Below, piece after piece: positions 40,585 through 52,137 of a stretch of DNA of 64,000 nucleotides. Both the position numbers and the translations under genes were made by a program. Origin of the DNA: Enoplolaimus lenunculus (taxonomy: Eukaryota). Location of the stretch: the NCBI GenBank assembly GCA_030248215.1, contig JASANG010000273.1, positions 558,001-622,000 on the forward strand. The letters run 5' to 3'. The notes under the pieces were generated by a model. That model was not told the DNA's origin and made no database searches. It was given only the letters and a program-made list of their open reading frames with translations. Position 1 is the stretch's first letter, and every line of letters starts with the position of its first letter.

Positions 40585-42831
40585 TAGATTTTGATTGTGT
40601 GGTATTGCAAAGGTCATGTTGAGCCTCCTGTGATGCTGTGGGTTTCACGCAAACTGAATTCGTTTAAAACTAAAATCTTGTTGCAAACTTTCAACGGCAA
40701 AAAATGAGCGAAAAATGTATTAAAGTTTTGCAACTGTTAGCCCCCCCCCCCCGCTCAAACTAAGCCACGTCCGTCATTATTATTTTTGTCAATTCCACTA
40801 GCTATGTCCCTTTTTAAAATGTTTTTCAGAGCTGTTAGAAGGAAATAAAACATGGTTATACATCTTAAACACAGATGCCACAATTCTAAGCTCAATTTTT
40901 CACTAGCAATGTACATTAGCTCGCAGAAAAATTGGGCTCAGCTTACCATCTCACAAACTTAAAATATTTTTAAATGGCGCTACTTGTAAATTGTAGCAAT
41001 GAAATAATATATACATGCGTCTAATATCACTTCGAATTTATTGAGATTGTGGCGATACTGCCCCATCTTGGTGTCTCGAAGCTAAAGCAGTGTCCTATAG
41101 TAAGTTTTGTTTGTTCCGTGTGCGAGCCCGGCAAAAAACTTGCCAATCTTTACATTTCAACTTTAATCACAGAGCCATAGCAGTTCTGTGCTGTGAACAA
41201 CGCAGTTAAACACGTGCCTTTATCAAGTACACCTGTGTGCAATGAACATTAAAAACCGCTGCTAGGAAACCAACTGAAATATTTTTGCATTATCTATCGT
41301 ATTCATTGTTCGTTTATGCTTTCTACTGCTAAATACATTGATTCGAAGGCTTTGTTATACCTCTCTAAAGCTTGTTATTGGCTCTGTTCAACCTCGAAAT
41401 GGTATAGCATCGTTATGTTTTACAAGAACATACTGACAGAACTTTTGGTTTTAGTTATTGTAACGAATATTGCAACTGGTGGGGTAAATCCTGGTATTTT
41501 GATATAAGGCATGATCAATGTAACGAACAGGGCCGTAACAGTAGTATAAGCATGTTCCTAAGCCTCAGCCTAAGCCTAGCCTTAGAGTAAGAATGAGCTT
41601 ATATCTAAATCTAGGTATAACCTATTAATTTTTGGCAAAAAATTAGTCTTAATCTTAAGTTTTGCTCTGTTGCAGTCTCGCAGAAAAGCGTTGCGCACCT
41701 GATATACGTGGACCACGCCATGAAGGTATGAAGATAATATAAAATCGGTAGTTTTTTGGAGTGCGCTATCGTGTGAAATGGGCTTCGGGCAAAGAACCAA
41801 AACTATGTGTTGCATACTGTATATATATTTTATAGAATACACTTGCACTGGTGTAGGCACGGGAAACTTATAGGCATTAAAATCCCTTATGTGGTTTTTT
41901 GTGCAGGAGGTTTTGAGAGATTTTTGGTCGGCAACGCAAGTCGCCCCGGTTCTAAACTTTTATGTGAAGCAGTCAATTTTCCAAAATCTTGACTACGCCG
42001 TAGTACACTTGTGATCTTTTTCTGTACGTGAAATAAATTTAGACTTTTGCTGCCGAATAATTCGGTATTTATTCGCGTCCTGTCTTCTTTCTCTCTGTCG
42101 TATTCTCAGGTTTTGAATTCAATGCTGTAGCGTTTGTTTGCAGTTGAATGAATTTTTAATCCTTATAATCATTAGATATGAGACAGGATCTATTAAACCG
42201 GATAGTCAAAATAACGGGAACGGAAAACGAATATTGAAGTATAAAAATTTCAAAGATGGTTTAGTTCCCTGCAAACACAATTGATGCATAATATATTCAC
42301 CTAGTCTTTCGAAATTTAAAAATATTAATATGAGATTTTGAATGAATTTTGTAATTTTTGTGCCGTATCGAACAATATAACAACATATCTGTAATGAAAT
42401 AGTGTTAGATATATACCTGATTTGTAACTAATTTTGAGTGTAAAAACATTGCAATTTCCGTTGTTTCGATTACGAAAACGGAAACGGTACACGCTAGTTA
42501 CGATTTGTGCGCAATATGTCTATATTTTCAGCGATATCTTCTTCTTAAAAACAACTTTAACAAGAACTGAATAAATTAAAACATTCAACTCTTAAGTTTA
42601 AAAAAATAGCAATAAATAGAGAAAAAGTAAGATTGAAAAACATTTCTTAAAAAACTTGTTCGCAATTGCCTTCCATTAGTACACTCTATACCTACAACCA
42701 GAATGCCATCAAGCCCATTCAGTAGTACAAAACAATTCTAACAACTACAATGAACTTCCTATAGCATTTTTTTTTTAATTTTACCTAAACTCACAAATCC
42801 TCGTCCTTGTAGTCAACTTCAAGCTTACTTT

Positions 42832-45800
42832 ATGCTAAGCGCTCCAACAGTTGTATACCGCCGAAGCGGTTCAGCTCGATCGTGTCAAAGTGACCGCCCG
42901 AGGCCCAGTTCAGAGACCGTGATGCGAAATCGTAAGAGTGTCCCCAGCCCGCCATCATCACCTGATTCCCTTCACGTTGGCTTCATGGAAGAAGTCCAGG
43001 TGATGGCAGCAGCGCCTGGCAGCCGTCGTCATGGTCGCGGGCGAGGCGGCGGTGGACAATCGCGACGCCACTATGGCTCAGATGGCAAGAGTCACAGAGG
43101 TGGTGGTCATTATTCGCCAGCGCCACCAGCCGCTGGAGGTAGCGGCGCTAGCGACAAAAACGAACCGCATGCGCCAACGCGTAAAGCGCGTTCCCACAAC
43201 GGTTCGCACGCATCGCATCGATCGAATCGATCAAATCGTTCTAATCGATCCAATCGATCGTCGCGCGGTGGTGGCGGCGGTGGCCGACGAGCGCACTCCA
43301 AAGTTCGCCATCGGTCGGCGTCGACTGGAAGCCACAAACGCGGCGGTGGTGGTGCATCAAGACATCGACGTCGAAGTCGAGGAACTCGGTCTGCGTCGCC
43401 GCATAAAAAAGGCGCCGGCATTAACAAAAAGCATAGCGGTACCGAGCTGTCGACGCGAGCACGCGAAGAAATTGTGAAGAAAATTTATGGGAAAAACGGA
43501 ACGCCGCCGAATGTTGATGTTTCGTAAGTTATTGTAATTTTTTGTTTGCATCCGCGGTCAGTTATGCATGCCTGGAGCTGTGAGGGGCGATGAAGGTGTT
43601 GCCCCTACGAACCGAAAAGCTTAGTCTCCCCTATGCGACATTTTTTCAACTGCATTATAATATCTGATATATATAAATATATATACTGGAAAAACTTCCA
43701 TCGCCGAATCGCCGCATTTGGAAATCATAAACCCATAGTAATAATTCAAGGTTACAAGACCGTAGATACAGCTACAGATTTCTAAAACTTAACAGTTCAA
43801 CTAAAGGCAAAAGTTAGTTGGAATAAATAATATTACAGGGTTTGTAACTCGTAAACACAACGTATGCTAGGAAGATTAGTTTATATCGGACGAATAACAT
43901 ACGTAATTTAGGCATAGATCCAGCTAACTCCTACTTTCACATAAACAAAAACCAATATGTATAAATCATTGTTTTCTATGAAACAAGTTAGCGTTGCAAA
44001 TATTGCAAATACTTTGAGTCTTTATTAATGTCTGCTGAGGTGATATTTTCAGCGCACTAATCGCACTGTTGCTGCCGTATTTACACGCAATTCAATCTGA
44101 TATCGACGAAAATGAGCTGTTGACAGAAAAATCAGAATGGATTAAAGCGATCGATGATAAAGATCAAGTGAAGAAGAAGTTTCGCTTCCTCGACTCAATT
44201 GGCGACGGGTCATTTGCTGTGGTGCACAAAGCTGTTCATCGAAAATCCAAAAATTTAGTCGCAATCAAGGTTTGTCGGTTTTTTCTTGTGAAATATTAAT
44301 ATCTGTATAATTACAGCTGGAATGTCCTACATACATAATTGGGTAACTTTCTAGCATTACTTTGTTTACAAAATTTGGGCCCATGTACGCGCTATACATA
44401 CATACAAACAATGCGTAATGTTTAACAATTCACACGCGACTGCAAAATTTAATCAAGACGTGACAAAGCATCGTCGACCTCGCGCGTTCACAGCAAATTA
44501 TAGTTGAGTGGTGATGGTAAAACGCTTCCCAATTTACACTTGCTTCAACGATTAACGCTATAGTCGTTATTAATACATATTATAATTTTCAGGAAGTTGA
44601 CAAACGCAAATTACAACCGGAAAATAAAAAATTTATTGAAAACGAAGTGGAAATATTAACGACACTGAGACATAAGAATATCATTCGTCTGATTGGTGCA
44701 TTTCAGTCCGACGATTACTATTGGGTGATTACAGAATTATCAGAAGTACGTTTATTTCACACATCTTCCACAAAATCTTGCGCACAATACGTGATAATGG
44801 CAATATATCGCCCGACAACTTGTCGGCCAACAGTAGTGTAAACCTGAGTCAAAGCCTAAGTGTATTCTAAGAATTCAGGGTCTAATACATGTGGTGTCAG
44901 AAAGTGAGTATACTCCTTTCAAAATTTCTAGAGACAAGAAAGAAAGCACTTCTAACAGAACTTAAAATAACTTTCTGAACGTAAAGGTGAACAAAAATTC
45001 CCTTTTATGAAATTGTACGCATTCTCGAACCAAAATCCTGGCTACACTTTTGTCGCCAAATTGTGACACGATGTACCAATGTTATTAAACCTGATGTACA
45101 GTACAATATTTTGTAATCATAAAACCTACTATCTGGTTGTCAAATAATTGTAATAAAATATTTGCCGCAAGGTATTCAGTGGAACATTGTTGTTCTCCTC
45201 ATGAAAATTAATATTTCCTTGGTTTGATAAAGGATTAAAACCTGAAAACCTTAACTGGGTTCTAATCGAGCTCTAATGCAATGTTGTGGGAATAGAAACG
45301 AGTCGAAAATTGGGACAAATTTGTCAACAGAATCTAAATATAATTTTTTTAGTTTTGTAACAAGACAAAATGTATATATTAGTAATTTCAGTACGGTGAT
45401 ATATACAAAGCAGTAATGGCCGATGGTGTATTTAGTGAAAATATGACAACTGGAGTGATTCGAGACGTTGCGCATGCGCTCAAATATCTTCATGGCAAAA
45501 ATATTGTCCATCGAGATATTAAGGTACGGTGGATACCATGGCGCGACCAGATATGCGGTTACGGTTCCGGCAACAAAATGGACATTGAATTCCGTCTATA
45601 TCTCCGGCATTATAAATTGTCTGCATATAATAACATTCCGGCATTATAAATAATTGTCGGAATAAAATATATATACATCGCTAAAATTAAGTAATGAATC
45701 TATATTTCTCTGATATTGTATATTTATGACCAAAATTAATGCAATGTTCCTCAGTTACCTTTGTTTACAATATCGGAGCTGAGCATGCTGGGTAATACAG

Positions 45801-48800
45801 TTGACACGAAAATCCTTGTGGAATCAAAATTATAACAAACCATAATAAGTATTATATAGTAAGTTAGCACGGCTGGAGTTCGTGAATGGCTGTATCGAAA
45901 GGTTGAACCAGGCTAAAAATTTTGTTAGAAACGTTTGGGGTCTTTAAATTTAAAATTGATTTGTTTGTACTATCGTGAAACAATCGCTAAATTGGCATTA
46001 ATTGAACAAATTTCGCGTGGGAAGCGATCGTAAAGCCAGCAGCATGCTTTTTTGTTTATATATTTCAGCTGGATAATATGTTATTTGTATCTGGTGAACG
46101 GGTCAAATTGGCTGATTTTGGAGTCGCATGCAAGGTTAAAGGACCACTGAAACGCATGTGTGGCACACTTTTGTACGTTGCGCCTGAAATTATTACTAAA
46201 TCAGGTACGAATCAGCAACAACAATTTTTCTGCACGCCTGCCACACTGAAATAATTAACGCGCTTGAAAACCTGTTCAAAAGTCCTGGGTATTAGCCCAA
46301 AAAATGAGGGATTCAACTCCCGTATTAACCGAGCACATTTTTTTCGTTGTGAGATTTGGCCTGTGAAGGGTATAAAACAATGGCGGGCCCAGAAATTCCT
46401 GGTTTGGAAGGCACAAGTGGAAAAATATTAAGTATATATATATACGTAAAAATCACCATAACTGCCATTGTAGCTTACGTTGCTTTTGACCTGAAAAAAG
46501 TTACACTTGGCAGCCGGTGGGGGGATACATCCCCCCATTCACCAATGTATCCACCATTGGTATAAAAGAAAAATTGCGAGCCATATCACCAACTCTATGC
46601 AGTTTGTTTATGGTACACTACTGACCTAAATTTTTGTGCCTAAAACATTAGTCCGTTCGTGTTTAGCCATGCAACTAGGTAAGTTCTGTGTAGAAAACAA
46701 TGCCACAGCGTGCATTGCATTTTTGGCCTACCGGCCTTATCTAAAAGGGGGTCAAAATTTTCCGTAAAAAGTATAAATAATTGTATACCTACATCTTCAT
46801 ATACCTATACTACGTTTATTCATAAAAGGAAGAAGCAATTCAGTTTGCATTAAAAATTAAATCAAACCCCGAAATGGGGCATGGGGAAAAACTGAACGCA
46901 TGCTGGTACATTTTTACAAGGCACAACCCAGGTAGTTGCACACACTTTTTAAATGTCATGCACTCTAAAGTAATATTCTGGTACAGTTAAGCTATAATTT
47001 GCGTTTAAGTTTTTAGTGAACAGTATTTATAAGAATGTAAAACAGGACGTATCAAATTTAGACCGCGTGTGCAGAAAATTATTTTTATTACTGCAAGCGC
47101 AATTACGTGAACGACCCATAATCATGGTGCAACCGGACATATAAAATTCCGGAACCGAAAAACAAAAATACTTGTTACCGAAAAATTCATTTTAACGCTA
47201 TTTTATCACTTTTAAAGATGGAAACGCGCGATTTACATTGCCAAAATCCTGAAACAAATGCAGCAGCTGGAAAAATATGATAAATTTTGGAGTATAGCAC
47301 AGAAAATTTTGGCAATACACGCTTAGACAAGTTTAGAAAAATAACTTGGAATAATATGCCATTTTTTCTTAAATTAACCAAACGAGAAAAATTTTCACTA
47401 AAAAATAAACCGGATAGTGAAAAATACCGGATTTCCTTGTCGGAACAGGAATTCCGGGTCACAATGCCAATAATGTGTGATATCACGAATTTCAGGGTAC
47501 GGCCTCAAGGTCGACATATATTCGCTCGGTGTAGCGGCGTACGCAATGATGAGTGGACACTTTCCGTTTTATGACGACCAGCAGGACAAATTAATTCAAA
47601 TGATTGTCAACGAAGATCCAAATTTCGATTTTGAGCCGTGGGATCCAATAACCGAAGGTTAGTGAAACCAACAGTGGATAATACCCTTAATATGAGCTAG
47701 ACTATTACGATGGCGCTCTATTTGATTTGCGGTGCCGTCCGTTACCATACGTTTTTGCTCAACATCCCGTCAATCAAAGAATTACCGTTTTGTTTAAAAC
47801 TTTATAATACATGATCATTATCATTTATCGTGTACAAATCCGCAGATTGGCAGCCAGGCCGGTGGCTGTATATATTCTTTTCTACACCCACGTGCATACT
47901 CTTTTTAAAATTTTTAAAAATAAAATATGTCTGTGAAAAAACTTCAAATCAATTTTGTGCCAATTTTCTAATCTGCTTCAACCGAAGGTTTTGCTTAAGC
48001 AACACATATGGGTTGTTTTTCTAAAATAGAAAACATGTCAATGTGACTGCGGCAAGCTGGATTGTTTCTCAATTTTCTAGTCTGCTTATTTCTTTTTTAA
48101 AAAAAGACGTTGTTATAGTCATTTTTAAGTCATTAAAAATAAAGGCGTCTATGTGGCATAAACATTCCGATCCATGTAAATATCAGGGATGAAACGTTTT
48201 TGTGTGGGCCTGGAGTAGAGTAAGCTTGCAAGCTTTTGACTAATTTTTCCTTGGGTTTAGGCGTAGGCATAAGTATGAGCTCATTCTTACGCGTAGGCTT
48301 AGGCTTAGTCTTAGGAATATACTTATACTACTGCTGCGGCCCTGTTCTATACATTGGCCAACATTTCAATAAAACCATAGCTTGAGTTAACATGTTATAT
48401 GTATGTTAATCATTATTAATCAGCGGAAATCAATGTCAATGTAGATTTAAACTTTGAAAATTATTGCTCAGTAGAAATTGCTGGTGCTCGAAGCAGAGCG
48501 AAAACACATGGTTTCGAAGCTTCAAATCTTGCTCAGGACAGCACCCATCATAAGCTAAAAAATGTTTCAAATAAAATGAGATTAAATACCAGCAAAGCTA
48601 ATACTCATCGGTAGTACACGAATCCGAATTTACAACAATTGGCTTAATTTCAAACCGCAAATTCAGAATTTGCTATACATGTAGTGTGAACGCTAAATGC
48701 AAACCATAAGTTTATCAAAAGTATAGCAGAGCTTTACAGCTACAGTGTCCATTAGCCCACTGGTGATAGTTATACCGCAATTTAAAAAAATAAACTTAAT

Positions 48801-48967
48801 TTTTTTAATTTTTCAAATTTTAAGGTGGTATTGAATTTGTGAAAAAATTGATGCAAAAATCACCAGATGATCGCTACAACGCGGATGGAATTTTGAAATC
48901 AAAATGGATCAAAGGATACAAAGCGGAACCGTTTACAGACCGGTTGACAACGTTTGCGTTGCTTTAG
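42832..48967 (+). CDS. CAMK-group, DCLK-like Ser/Thr kinase with a low-complexity R/S/G/H-rich N-terminus, about 544 aa
   Basis: Exons 42832-43523, 44053-44269, 44593-44745, 45392-45523, 46069-46204, 47496-47657 and 48825-48967 total 1635 nt, in phase. Motifs: [67 protein letters not shown] and GYGLKVDI are DCLK-typical. Confidence 0.92.
48169..48359. mobile_element. Telomeric-repeat-carrying MITE in kinase intron 6
   Basis: GATCCATGTAAATATCAGGG ... CGGCCCTGTTCTATACATTGGCC; degenerate TTAGGC; flanks AACATTCC / AACATTTC. Confidence 0.8.
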
Positions 48968-49679
48968 CTACATTAATATGTACATATTAACGATTACTTA
49001 TGCTGTTATTAATAATAGATAACCGAATTTCATGACTGGATGCAGGGCCCGTGCAAAGATCAGGAGCGGAACGTTTTTCTGTGGGACTAGAAAAGACTAA
49101 GCTTAAGCTTTAGACTATTTTTTGCTTGGCTTAGGCTTAGGCTTAGACTTAGGCATAGGAATATGTTTATAATACTGTTCCTTACCTGTTATTTAGTTTG
49201 GCCGGATCCAAGAATTAATAGCGAAAAAAGTACGCAAACAAAGCTCAGCAAGAATCTATACTCATTTTTAATATTGAGTCTAACTGCAAAATTTGGGTGT
49301 TTATCTCTATTGAAAGGGTCTATGCCTGGATGGTCTATTATTGGATGCCTTAGTGCTGAATTATATGAGGTTATCCATATCCAATATATTTAGAAAGTAA
49401 AATATTTATGCATGTATTAAACGAGAGTTGAAGTATACGTTCTTGCTATATAATACGATTAGTGCAGTGGCAAATGGCAAATTTGATTTTTGTTTAAGGA
49501 CCTAAAACAGGGGATACTCGGCCGCATGAACCCCTTTTGAACTGCTGCTGATTTTGTTGTCGTATTTAACATATATGTATTCAAATAAAAGCATGGCAAT
49601 TATAAATAAACCGCTGTCCGCTAAGCGGCGTCGCAACACACACCTGCCGCGATGTTATCAGTTTCAGCTTACAAAAAAG

Positions 49680-49888
49680 GGCCCATGTATAGAACAGGGC
49701 CGGATCGTTTTCTGGAGGGGCTATAATAGAGTCAGTTTAAGCTTTAGACCAATTTTTTTGCTTAGGCTTAGGCTTAGGATTAGGTTTAGGAATAGGCTCA
49801 TCCATACGCTTAGGCTTAGGCTTAGGCTTAGGCTTAGGCTTAAGAATATGCTTATACTACTGTTCCGACCATGTTCTATCCATGGGCC
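49680..49888. mobile_element. Telomeric-repeat-carrying MITE (best-preserved copy)
   Basis: GGCCCATGTATAGAACAGGGCCGG ... CCGACCATGTTCTATCCATGGGCC; two TTAGGC blocks; perfect 8-bp TSD CAAAAAAG. Confidence 0.92.
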
Positions 49889-50027
49889 CAAAAAAGTAAC
49901 TTCTCGAGCTCGGGTGCTGCAGCGAATAATTAATTTGTGTCCAACTTTAAGTGAACAACTTAACTAAACTGAGGTAAGATTTGAAATCAATAACCTAGCG
50001 GATTTTAATACAGCTAGATAGGTGTAT

Positions 50028-51399
50028 ACCAGTCGTAGTGGGACTACATTTATTGAGCGAAGCTTGAACACACGTAAGCAATTAAGGTAATATGCAAATT
50101 AGTTATTAGCTAGCTATTCATTTAGGGGTTTTGGAGGTTTGTAAGCAATTTCCTCGGATTCGTCGCACCCAAAAACCCCTCAGCCACCCTAATAATTATT
50201 GGAATAATTTAAAAAGTCCTAATTTTGTCTCGTCAATTAAGCAAATATGCAAATTATGTATTAGCTAACTATTAGACAATTGTTTTTAAAGGTCTTTAGA
50301 CAATTTATTCAGATTCCTCGCACCCAAAAACCCATTATTGCTGAAATTAGATTGCTTGTAACCCTAAGAATTAGTGAAAAATTGTAAAAACGCCTAATTT
50401 AGGCTTATCAATTATACTTATATGCAAATTATCTATTAGCTAACTACGCAGTTATCGGTTTTTCGGTTTTAGACGTTCGTAAACAATTTATGCAATTTCC
50501 TCGCACCAAAAAACCTTCAGTAACCCTAATAATTATTGAAATAATTTGAAAAGTCCTAATTTTGTCTTGTCAATTAAGCTAATATGTAAATTAGCTATGA
50601 GCTAACTATTCAATTATCGGTTTAGGATGTTTGTAAACAATTTATTCATATTCCTCGCACCTAAAAACCCTTTATTGCTGGAATTATATTGCTTTTAACC
50701 TTAATAATTAGTGAAGTTTTGTAAGAAGTCCTAATTTAGGCTTACAAACTATGCTAATATGCAAATTAGCTATTAGTTAACTATTCAATTATCGGTTTTG
50801 GAGGTTTGTAAACAATTTATTCATATTCCTCGCACCCGAAAACCTTTAGTAAACCCTAATATTTATTGAAATAATTTAAAAAGTCCTGGTTTTGTCTTGT
50901 CAATTAAGCTAATATGTAAATTACCTATTAGCTAACTATTCAATTATCGGTTTAGGATGTTTGTAAACAATTTATTCATATTCCTCGCACCTAAAAACCC
51001 ATTATTGCTGGAATTATATTGCTTTTAACCTTAATAATTAGTGAAATATTGTAAGAAGTCCTAATTTAGGCTTACAAACTATGCTAATATGCAAATTATC
51101 CATTAGCTAACTACTCAATTATCAGTTTTGGAGGTTTGTAAACAGTCTACGGAGATTTCTCGCACCCAAAAACCGTTTAATGCTAAAATTAGATTGTTTC
51201 TAACTGTTATAATTACTGAAATATTGTGGAAAGTCCTAATTTAGGCTTAATTAATTATGCAAATTAGCCTGTAGCTAATAAACGGCTTAAAATTTTTGGA
51301 CAGACGGACGGACGGACATCCACCTTTCGACCCCCAAGTACAAAAAATAAAACGCTTCGCGAAACTACGAGCTTCGCTTGGAGTTTCGCTTCGCTCAAT
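50028..51399 (-). mobile_element. Full-length DINE-1/HINE-like non-autonomous Helentron with a tandem-repeat core
   Basis: Inverted 12-mers ATTGAGCGAAGC (50052-50063) and GCTTCGCTCAAT (51388-51399). Short hairpin GTAGT-GGG-ACTAC (50035-50047) lies outside one subTIR, and a GACAGACGGACGGACGGAC microsatellite lies near the other end. Central units recur every 155-175 bp. Confidence 0.88.
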
Positions 51400-51924
51400 A
51401 AGATTAAAGCTTGAATTAGGAGTTTAAACTTTGACAGATTAAAAATTTATTTTCCAAAGCTATAGAGCTGGAGTTATAACAAATTCATATTTACTTAGTA
51501 CTAGTCGTCAACACGTAGGTTTGAACACCGAACAAAATTTTTGCCAGCCGGAATTCACCCAACTAGTTTGCTGAGTTCAAGTGATAACTGGAGCAGCCCG
51601 GAAAAGTTTTTCCATTTTGATTCAACGTTAACATAAATTTTTGTGATCTATTAACAGCTGTTGTGCCGGTAAAATGTGGATGTTTCATGTTAACTTTCAA
51701 ACCATTTATATAAAAATTCTTGTACCATTCCCACATATTTCAATTCAGACTTAGGGTTTGTCTTAGGTGCAAGCTAAAGTTTAAGTATGAAATGCATATA
51801 GGCAAAGGTTTAAAACATTATAGTCAAAGGTGTTGCGTAAAGCGTATGTTTAGGCTCTAGGCTTATAACTCAGTCAAAGGTATAGGCCTTAGGCTTAGGC
51901 TTGGAAAAACCTTTTGGAAAACCT

Positions 51925-52115
51925 AAGGAGCCTAGCTAAGTCTGTTTGCGAAAAGTGTACAAAGGATAAGCTTAAAAGCGTACCTTAAGTTTCTAGCCTG
52001 AAAGTGTACAAAGCCTAATCCAAAAAGTCTAGCTTATGTCTGTATCGGGAAAGTGTACAAAGCCTAAGCCTAAAAGCCTATGTTAAGTCTGTGTCTAGAA
52101 AGTATACAAAAGCCT
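51925..52115. repeat. Four-copy tandem repeat of about 49 bp just downstream of the GPCR stop codon
   Basis: AAAGTGTACAAAG recurs near 51952, 52001, 52050 and 52099, interleaved with GCCTAA-like hexamers. Confidence 0.7.
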
Positions 52116-52137
52116 TTATTCCTGTCAGCTTTTTTAT

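Noticed and set aside
43031..43477. Alternative-frame and antisense ORFs over kinase exon 1
   Set aside because: Expected shadows of GC-rich low-complexity coding sequence; only the 42832 frame splices in phase to the kinase.
49760..49842. True telomere or chromosome fusion site
   Set aside because: Tracts are short and bounded by TIRs and TSDs, so they are transposon cargo.
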